Positions 57,138 through 64,000 of a stretch of DNA of 64,000 bases are shown in pieces (positions within the stretch are counted from its first letter, which is position 1; each line of letters starts with the position of its first letter). Position numbers and translations under genes: made by a program. The notes under the pieces were generated by a model that had not been told where the DNA came from, did not search any database, and saw only the letters and a list, made by a program, of their open reading frames with translations. Location of the stretch: NCBI GenBank assembly GCA_963844965.1, contig CAWJQC010000006.1:58014-122013 (forward strand), read 5' to 3'. Source of the stretch: an uncultured bacterium (GTDB lineage: Bacteria > Patescibacteriota > Minisyncoccia > UBA6257 > 2-01-FULL-56-20).

Positions 57138-57812
57138 TCACACAATCCCGCAAACGAACAAGATAACAACGGCAATATAAAGAAAATATAAAACGAAAAC
57201 CGGCCATTCGCGGTAGTTCTTGCGATTTACGAAACAATAGGCAAGTAAAGCGGCGATGAACGAAGGGACAACAAGTCCGCTCAACCCCAAAATCAGAGGC
57301 ACGAGCAGAAATGCGAGCGCAAGCAGCGTGCCGATTACCCGCTTGCCGTTTTTTTCTCCGAACAATACCGGTATTGTTTTAATTCCTGCGGCGCGGTCGC
57401 CCTCTATGTCTTTCATGTCTTTGACGTTGTTACCCAACGTAGTTCCAACAACGATAAGGATTAAATATCGCACAGGAAAAGCCCCGATTGATTTGTCGCC
57501 GCTGAGTGTATAAAAACCGGCTAGCACAACCGCGAGAAACGCCAAGGACATCAGAAACGTGGACAGCAACGGGAATCGCCTAATCCTTAGCGGCGGTGCC
57601 GAGTAAATATGCGACAGGGCGAGCGCGACCACCACCATAAACATGGCGTAATACCCGGCCAAAAAACCGCCCACGAGTGCCCAGATGAGAAAAATAAGAT
57701 TGGCATTTTTAACATCGTCAACCGAAAGCTCGCCACGAACAAGCGGTCTTCCCGAATTTGAAATCTTATCAATGTCAATGTCGGCTATATCATTCACGCC
57801 CATCGCGTACAT
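57138..57812 (-). CDS. UbiA-family prenyltransferase (core with both Asp-rich motifs; N-terminus appears to lie in the upstream ORF's frame)
   Basis: NDIADIDIDKI (first motif) and KDMKDIEGDRAAGIKTIPVLFG (second motif). The expected UbiA N-terminal RPxxxxP...LA segment (..LKNSRPRQVVPYQLLLVAGFFLAWVL..) sits at the C-terminus of ORF 57794..58765 in another frame. Confidence 0.55.
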   Translation of the reverse strand: MYAMGVNDIADIDIDKISNSGRPLVRGELSVDDVKNANLIFLIWALVGGFLAGYYAMFMVVVALALSHIYSAPPLRIRRFPLLSTFLMSLAFLAVVLAGFYTLSGDKSIGAFPVRYLILIVVGTTLGNNVKDMKDIEGDRAAGIKTIPVLFGEKNGKRVIGTLLALAFLLVPLILGLSGLVVPSFIAALLAYCFVNRKNYREWPVFVLYFLYIAVVILFVCGIV

Positions 57813-58765
57813 GCTGGCGCAATAGACGCTGATGAAGAGCGCGATAATAGTAGAGATGTCCAGCCAGTTAAAAAGATCTGAGGACCGGTCAAAACCCAGG
57901 CCAGGAAAAATCCGGCAACGAGAAGAAGCTGGTAGGGGACCACTTGGCGGGGACGAGAATTCTTCAAGACCGCGAGCGTCTTCGCTGGACGGCTTTGATA
58001 CATGTATATGATAATCAAAATCGATATCGCTATGTAATAAATATGGGAAACGGCCACGTCAAAAAATGTCTCCGCCGCCCCCAAATACGACAACTGGACC
58101 ATCGGATGCACAAAATTTCTGACCACGATCGATGAGCTGGCGCTGTCGGCAAAAAACTGACCCACAGAACGAAGACCGCCAGCCCCAGAAAAATCCGATA
58201 CGATCTTCATAATGCTCGGCGCGAATGCCCACAAAAAAGCGACGACGTATACGGCAAAAGCCGCAGCCACGCCTTTCCAAATTCTTTTCGTCGCGTAAAT
58301 CACGTAGAATAAAACCCCGAGAATGGCCAAAATGGCTTGGATCCTCATCCCCGGAGTCACCCCGACTATCGGAACCAAACCAAAAAGATCAAAGAACGAC
58401 CTTGTGAGCCCCGACAAGGAGCCCACAAAAGGATATCCAAGATAATAGCCCGCGCCACGCGAGATTATGAAATCTAAAATCGGCGGTAACCAGCTGCCAA
58501 AAAACACTATTATTGCGATCTTTTCTCCCCTTTTGACGTTGGGCACGAAAATGCCGTGTAAGATCATAAGGGAAAGCGCGACTCCAAGATAATAAAGGTA
58601 GCCGTGGACAATGGTGGCAAAATCGGAAGCGAGCACTCCGCTCAGAGATAAACTAAAAAAATTTTCCAACAAAATTCTTACGAAAATTATGCAAAAGAAT
58701 CCCAAAGCCCAATCTTTGAGAGTAACTTCGGTGCTGTCTATCTTTTCCAAAAGTTTCCTGAGCAC
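57794..58765 (-). CDS. Polytopic membrane protein, possibly the N-terminal extension of the UbiA-family gene (frameshift near 57800-57900)
   Basis: 323 aa with multiple TM helices. The C-terminal 50 aa resemble the UbiA N-terminus. There is a 19-nt overlap with the UbiA ORF. Confidence 0.4.
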   Translation of the reverse strand: MLRKLLEKIDSTEVTLKDWALGFFCIIFVRILLENFFSLSLSGVLASDFATIVHGYLYYLGVALSLMILHGIFVPNVKRGEKIAIIVFFGSWLPPILDFIISRGAGYYLGYPFVGSLSGLTRSFFDLFGLVPIVGVTPGMRIQAILAILGVLFYVIYATKRIWKGVAAAFAVYVVAFLWAFAPSIMKIVSDFSGAGGLRSVGQFFADSASSSIVVRNFVHPMVQLSYLGAAETFFDVAVSHIYYIAISILIIIYMYQSRPAKTLAVLKNSRPRQVVPYQLLLVAGFFLAWVLTGPQIFLTGWTSLLLSRSSSASIAPACTRWA

Positions 58766-59064
58766 GGTGGTTTACATAAAAATTATACCGCCTTCACCCC
58801 ACACATACCAAAGGCATGTGTGGGGTTCACTAAAATACGAAAATATGCGAACATGCAATTAAATAGTCGGCAAGGCGCCAACGACCGCAAGGCACAAGCC
58901 TAACGACCGGGCACATTACGCGCTCAGCGCCTCACGATTAGCCAAAATTTATCCTAGCGAGAACGCCCAACCAGTAATGGTGGGGACGAGAGCGAGGTTC
59001 CGCAAGGCGGGACGAGCGAAGCTCGCGACGGATGGAACCATGGCCGTAAGGCCGTGGGAACTCC

Positions 59065-59868
59065 ATGAAACGACTCGGCCAACATTTCCTGAAAAACAAA
59101 TCGGCACTAGAAAAAATCGCGGCGGCGCTGGAATTAAAATCCGGCGACCTTGTGATCAAGATCGGCGCGGGACGCGGGGAATTGACGGAGGTCGTAGAGC
59201 GTGAAACACGAAACGCGAAACATGATGTAAAAATTATCGCGATTGAAAAGGACGGAGAACTGGCGGAATTTGTGCGAAAGAAACTCACCGCAGACAAAAA
59301 TATTGAGATCGTTACCGGCGACGCCCTAAAAGTTATTCCGCAATTAATTACACAATTGCCCAATTACCCAGCTGCAAGTTACAAACTTGTCGGCAACATT
59401 CCCTATTACATCACGGGGCGCCTTTTACGGATTATCGGCGAGCTTGAAGACAAACCCGAACTCTGCGTCTTTACTTTGCAGAAAGAAGTCGCGGAAAGGA
59501 TCTGCGCGGAGCCGCCGCGCACGAACCGGCTCGCGGCAAGCGTGCAGTTCTGGGCCGAACCGGAAATTATCACATGCGTGCCGCGAGAAAATTTTGAGCC
59601 GCAACCCGGCGTAGATTCCGCCATAATTAGATTAAAAATTAAAAATCAAAAATTAAAAATAGGCGACTCAGAATATTACTGTGCTCTGCGGGCGTTGTTC
59701 GCGCAACCGAGAAAAACAATACTGAACAATTTGGCGACGAGCGACAAGCGACAAGCGACAAGGAAAATCGAGGTAGCGGAAAAACTAAGGAAAATCGGCA
59801 TAAAACCGGATGACAGGCCGCAGGATTTGAGTGTGGACGATATTATCAAAATCGCCAAAAACTTTTGA
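59065..59868 (+). CDS. rsmA: 16S rRNA (adenine1518/1519-N6)-dimethyltransferase RsmA/KsgA
   Basis: MKRLGQHFLKNKSALEKIAAALELKSGDLVIKIGAGRGELTE...VGNIPYYITG... Confidence 0.85.
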   Translation: MKRLGQHFLKNKSALEKIAAALELKSGDLVIKIGAGRGELTEVVERETRNAKHDVKIIAIEKDGELAEFVRKKLTADKNIEIVTGDALKVIPQLITQLPNYPAASYKLVGNIPYYITGRLLRIIGELEDKPELCVFTLQKEVAERICAEPPRTNRLAASVQFWAEPEIITCVPRENFEPQPGVDSAIIRLKIKNQKLKIGDSEYYCALRALFAQPRKTILNNLATSDKRQATRKIEVAEKLRKIGIKPDDRPQDLSVDDIIKIAKNF

Positions 59869-60115
59869 CCTTAATTAGGAACTCGGTGGATAACGCGTTT
59901 TGCTGTCATTCTGAGGCCAAAGCCGAAGAATCTCCGTGGTATTTTTCAGCATCCAAAACATGGAGATCCTTCGCTATGCTTAGGACGACATCATTATTAT
60001 TCAACCAAGCTCAATTGGCGCAACTTTGGCAGGTAATACTCATATTGGCAGGTCCTTAATAAATTGTGCATAACTTCGGCATTTCGCGGCTTCCAGTGCG
60101 CTATAATTATAGTAA

Positions 60116-61996
60116 ATGGTAGATACGAAGAAGTTGATATCGGGCTTCCTGATTTTGGCTTCAATAGTGGGCTCGCTGGCTTTTATTTTTTCCAGCCGAA
60201 CCTTTAACGCAAACGAGCAAAAGCCTACTTCCGATATGTCTGCCGGCGAAAACTACGCCGCCGAACAATCGCCGGCGGTTCCCGCAAACGCCTTTGCCGC
60301 GCAATCCTTGGCCTACGTGCCAGTAAGTCCCGCTGCCTCCGTAAAACCGCTGGCCGACAGCGACCTCCCGCCATACAAGCCGACTTCAAACTTAACCGAG
60401 GCATTGTCCCAGTATCTCGCAAGGGAAATGGTTAAGTATAACCCTGACGGTCCCCAAATCACGGATGACAGCGGTGATGCAATCACGCAGATGCCGAACA
60501 TTGGCGCCATGGACAGCGAATTCGCCAATATCCCGGAAGTTAAAAATTTCAAGATTCCCGACTGGAGCGCCGAAGCGGCGGCGCTGGAACTGACGCTGAC
60601 CTCCGATACGTCGCAAGCAAGTCAGGAAAAATATGCAGAAGCTCTGAATTCAATCTACAGCGAGTATTTCCTGAATCCGGACCTCACGAGCATCGGCTAC
60701 AAGGCCTCCACGGATGTCAAGCCGGATGATTTCAAAAACGCGGCGACGGTCTCGGACAACGCTCTCCAAGAAACCAAGTCGGTGCCGACCCCGACGCCGC
60801 TTGCCGATTTCCAAAAGGCGCTCGCGACAACCATCCTATACACCAAAAATATGACCGCTCTCGGCGCGAACGCGAACGACGACCCGCTCAAGGCGGAACT
60901 CATAATGAACGCGAAGGGAAACGACATAGACATCGCCCTTCTGAATCTCCAGACGCAATTCCAAAAAGACGCGGTGCAGAAAGCGATTTCGGCGCGGCCG
61001 GAGACAAAGACCGGAGTTACGGCATTGGTAAACAATCTCCTCGGCATAAAAACCGCCTACGCCTTCTGCCCAACATGGGACTTTCCGAGCTTCGGCGATT
61101 TTCTGCGGGCGCTGGCCAAGGACATTGAGCAGATGGTCCTCAGTTTAGTCCTGCAAACGGTGAAAAATATGATCGTCCAGGAATTACAGAATGTGGCGAG
61201 GGATTTCATCCGCAACGCGGGCGCGCCGAGGTTCGTGACTAACTGGCTTGTCTACGCGGCAAACTCCCTGCAGCGAGGCGCCGTCCTGGCCCTTAACGAA
61301 GCCACGTTGGCGCTTTCAAGCGACTTCAGCGGACCAATCAAACTCGCCATGCTGTCAACCATAGGCAATCCGGCTCCGAAAAGCACAATGGCTCCGCCGG
61401 GACAGGCATTCTACAACAATATGCTTAGCGGAGGCAGCTGGGGAACGTTCGGCAGTTTGCTTGCGCCCACAAACAATTACTTCGGCGCATACCTGGCGAC
61501 GCACGACTATATAGCGCAGGAATCAGCTAAGGCACAACAGGCGGCGCATAGTGAAGTCGCTGCATCCGGCGGCTTCACGGGAGCGCGAACCGGCGAAACG
61601 CCGGGCAACCCCGCTCCCGGATTCGGGACGGAGAAAACCTGCAATAAACCTCAAACAAACGAGTTCCCGTTCAGTAGCGGCGGGAGACAAGACGCGCTTG
61701 ACAGCCTGCAAGATTGGATAGCCGATCTAGAAGCCAGGGGTGGTCTTATAGTCGGCTCGCCGGAGTGCGACACAACAGACAGCGGCAGCTGTACGGTACA
61801 GTTTTGCAATCCGGGCGACACCTCAAACACGCAAATAAAAACGCCGGGCGATGTCGTAGCGGCGATGGCCCATAACGCCGTCGGTCAGAACGGGCAACTC
61901 ACAATATCGGCCCAGAACATTGCCGGCCTTATTACCTCCATTCTCCAATCATTCCTTTCCACTTTAATAAACCAATCCCTATCAGGATTGAAATAA
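60116..61996 (+). CDS. Hypothetical large secreted/membrane-anchored protein
   Basis: 626 aa with an N-terminal TM helix and no recognisable motif. It lies directly upstream of the VirB6-like gene. Confidence 0.4.
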   Translation: MVDTKKLISGFLILASIVGSLAFIFSSRTFNANEQKPTSDMSAGENYAAEQSPAVPANAFAAQSLAYVPVSPAASVKPLADSDLPPYKPTSNLTEALSQYLAREMVKYNPDGPQITDDSGDAITQMPNIGAMDSEFANIPEVKNFKIPDWSAEAAALELTLTSDTSQASQEKYAEALNSIYSEYFLNPDLTSIGYKASTDVKPDDFKNAATVSDNALQETKSVPTPTPLADFQKALATTILYTKNMTALGANANDDPLKAELIMNAKGNDIDIALLNLQTQFQKDAVQKAISARPETKTGVTALVNNLLGIKTAYAFCPTWDFPSFGDFLRALAKDIEQMVLSLVLQTVKNMIVQELQNVARDFIRNAGAPRFVTNWLVYAANSLQRGAVLALNEATLALSSDFSGPIKLAMLSTIGNPAPKSTMAPPGQAFYNNMLSGGSWGTFGSLLAPTNNYFGAYLATHDYIAQESAKAQQAAHSEVAASGGFTGARTGETPGNPAPGFGTEKTCNKPQTNEFPFSSGGRQDALDSLQDWIADLEARGGLIVGSPECDTTDSGSCTVQFCNPGDTSNTQIKTPGDVVAAMAHNAVGQNGQLTISAQNIAGLITSILQSFLSTLINQSLSGLK

Positions 61997-62001
61997 ATCA
62001 A

Positions 62002-64000
62002 ATGCACGCTCAAAAACAAAAAAGGGCTAGAGGTGCCGGCCATGCGAAGCGGAATTTATTGATCCTCGCCGCCGTTCTTGTTCTGGCCTTAAGTTTGTTC
62101 CCGACGCACAAAGCGCACGCCTTCCTTGACGATATTGCCGGAAAAGCGGTGGGCACGCTTGTCTACGGAATAAACTACATCCTCTCTTTAATCGCTGGCG
62201 TCGCGATAATGGTTGAAGCGTGGTTCATAGGAGTGCTCCTGCAGATGAGTCAAAATGTCGTGAATGTCGATATCGTACAAACAGGATTCAGCGTCTCCCT
62301 TTCCATCGCCAACCTCGGGTTTGTTTTCGGAATCATTGTCATCGCCATCGCGACGATTATCCATTACCAGACATACGGCATAAAGCAAATCCTCTGGAAA
62401 CTCATAGTTATGGCGATTCTCGTGAATTTCGGCCTTGTCATCGCCGGAACTATAATCGGATTCTCAAACACGCTCACTAACTATTTCATGACAGCGCTTC
62501 CGGGTCAGGGAAACAACTATCTCACGTTTGCGGAACAGATGGCGGCTATATTCCAACCGCAAAGTTTAGTATTCCCCAACGCCCTCAACAACTCACAATC
62601 CACCGCGGCTAATATGATGGGACAGGCGGGAAGCACACTTGGCGATGTCATACAAAACATAGGCGGTTTGGTTTTCGGGCTTGTCGCGCTTGTAATGATT
62701 ATTGTCACTCTCGCCCTCTTCGCGGTCATGCTCATTATCCGCTACGTTTATTTTGTAATACTTCTCATACTTCTACCCCTCGCCTGGCTTTGTTATGTCT
62801 TCCCATCGTTAAGCACCCACTATCACAAGTGGTGGAATCAGTTCCTGCGCTGGTGCTTCTTCGCCCCAATCGCGATGTTTTTCATCTATCTCGTTATTAT
62901 GGCCGGCAATTCCATGATGGCCGGCTCGGCTGACCAATATGGAATATTCAAAAACGCAAACATCGCGAACTTCAGCAGCACCAATACCAACGGCGTAATT
63001 CAGGGAATTTCCAATTTTTTCGGAGCTCTGCTGACGCCGATACTCACGACCTTTATTAAAGATATCGTCCTTGTGGCCCTGACTGTGGGCGGGATTTTCG
63101 TGGCGAACTCCATGGGGCTCGCCGGCGCCGGCATGGCCATGGGCGCGGTGAATAAAGTCAGCAAATCAATGCAGGGATTCGCCGGCAAGCAAGCGGCAAA
63201 GGGCGGGCGGCGCGCCTGGCAGGCTGCAGGCGGCGAGAGAGCAGAGAAAGCGCTGCGCGAGGGAAAGATAAGCAAGCAAGTCAAAAAAATTCCCATTATC
63301 GGCGCGCCGCTTGGCTGGGTCACCGGCAGAGGCGAGAGAGAGGCCGCCTTGGGTCTCGGGAAAATTACAAAAAACGAGAGAATGGTGGGGGAGGAAAAGG
63401 GACGCCTGCGAGGAAAACCTCCGGATGAGCTAAAAGAGCTCCTTAATTCCGGCAACCTGAACACAGAAATGAAGTTCGCCGCAATAGATCTGTTAAGAGG
63501 GAAGAAAAAAGTAACCGACGATACAAAAATCGACCGCGGCACGAGCACCGCCGGCAAATTCATGTCCGACTGGGACACCATCAAGAGATATAGGCAAGAA
63601 GAGATGACCGACGACTACGACAAGCTCACAATGAGCACGGTTAACGAGAGAGCGGCGAAAAAAGCGCGCGAATCGCCGAGGTTCGAAGCGGCGGACGCCG
63701 AAGGAGAAAAATTGCGCAGGGAGGCCTACGAGAAAACGCGCACATCCCCCACGACCGAAGCGACAGCGAACAAGGAGCGCGACACGGCATATGCCGACAC
63801 GTATAAAGCGGCCGAAGAGGGAGCGAATAAAGAATATCAAGCGGCCAAAAAGGCGGAACTTGACGTTGGCAATTCAAAGGAGGAAGCGGAAGCCAGAGCC
63901 CAAGAGGCCAGAAAAAAATATTTGGAAAGGGAAGGCGTGGAGACCAAAGCCAAAGAAGCCGGAGAAAAAGCCAAACAAGAGTATATAGAATCCGAAGCTG
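62002..64000 (+). CDS. VirB6/TrbL-like polytopic membrane protein with charged C-terminal extension (3' end beyond window)
   Basis: ATG at 62002; signal/TM at the N-terminus, then about 6 TM helices (..IVIAIATIIHYQTYGIKQILWKLIVMAILVNFGLVIAGTII.., ..FVILLILLPLAWLCYVFP.., ..WCFFAPIAMFFIYLVIMAG..), followed by a Lys/Glu/Ala-rich tail. It is absent from the ORF track because no stop falls inside the window. Confidence 0.5.
   Translation, partial: MHAQKQKRARGAGHAKRNLLILAAVLVLALSLFPTHKAHAFLDDIAGKAVGTLVYGINYILSLIAGVAIMVEAWFIGVLLQMSQNVVNVDIVQTGFSVSLSIANLGFVFGIIVIAIATIIHYQTYGIKQILWKLIVMAILVNFGLVIAGTIIGFSNTLTNYFMTALPGQGNNYLTFAEQMAAIFQPQSLVFPNALNNSQSTAANMMGQAGSTLGDVIQNIGGLVFGLVALVMIIVTLALFAVMLIIRYVYFVILLILLPLAWLCYVFPSLSTHYHKWWNQFLRWCFFAPIAMFFIYLVIMAGNSMMAGSADQYGIFKNANIANFSSTNTNGVIQGISNFFGALLTPILTTFIKDIVLVALTVGGIFVANSMGLAGAGMAMGAVNKVSKSMQGFAGKQAAKGGRRAWQAAGGERAEKALREGKISKQVKKIPIIGAPLGWVTGRGEREAALGLGKITKNERMVGEEKGRLRGKPPDELKELLNSGNLNTEMKFAAIDLLRGKKKVTDDTKIDRGTSTAGKFMSDWDTIKRYRQEEMTDDYDKLTMSTVNERAAKKARESPRFEAADAEGEKLRREAYEKTRTSPTTEATANKERDTAYADTYKAAEEGANKEYQAAKKAELDVGNSKEEAEARAQEARKKYLEREGVETKAKEAGEKAKQEYIESEA

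Noticed and set aside
58938-59363. 141-aa minus ORF overlapping the rsmA start
   Set aside because: It is antisense to rsmA, with a low-complexity translation.
59626-59660. aaaaattaaaaatcaaaaattaaaaat run inside rsmA, considered a fourth copy of the TTTTCAA element
   Set aside because: It is a different unit (AAAAATY) and is simply a Lys/Ile-rich coding stretch (IRLKIKNQKLKI).
63000-63877. Minus-strand ORFs (63000..63584, 63493..63840, 63641..63877)
   Set aside because: They are antisense to the long VirB6-like + frame that runs to the window end. Translations are Arg/Pro-rich.

Overview
Bacterial chromosomal segment using the standard genetic code (TGA terminates ftsH, gyrA and others), with a small-genome, possibly Patescibacteria/CPR-like flavour. 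Housekeeping backbone: rpsO, gyrA, rpsA-like S1, ddl, smpB, ssrA (tmRNA), ITPase, GDPD, ftsH, tyrS, clpP, H+-pyrophosphatase, nusA, yraN, yifB/comM, a uvrD/pcrA-type helicase, rsmA, three Nudix genes, and at least 8 tRNAs (Leu-UAG, Phe, Pro, Arg-UCU, Val, His, Ile-UAU, Gly-UCC). Accessory content: (i) a tandem array of T4SS-pilin-like (TrbC/VirB2-family) paralogs at 1.7-6.8 kb, including a giant Cys-rich repeat fusion and a pilin-lysozyme fusion, with a VirB6/TrbL-like membrane protein running off the window end; (ii) a mobile-element graveyard between ssrA and tRNA-His (direct repeat of the tmRNA 3' end, an IS3-family IS with a -1 slippery site, and a large serine recombinase whose 3' end overlaps tRNA-His); (iii) tRNA clusters full of truncated or tRNA-like fragments; (iv) an AT-rich island (44.7-49.3 kb) carrying two GHKL-type ATPase proteins plus unknowns, a consensus promoter and 40-bp direct repeats, which is the best candidate for an undescribed, possibly defence-related module; (v) a GC-rich cassette (24.9-29.5 kb) with textbook sigma70 promoters and terminators, two Nudix genes and a large unknown protein. 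At least six genes appear broken by single-base frameshifts or a nonsense codon, more consistent with indel errors in the assembly than with biology. All calls come from reading the sequence and ORF translations by eye; no searches were run.
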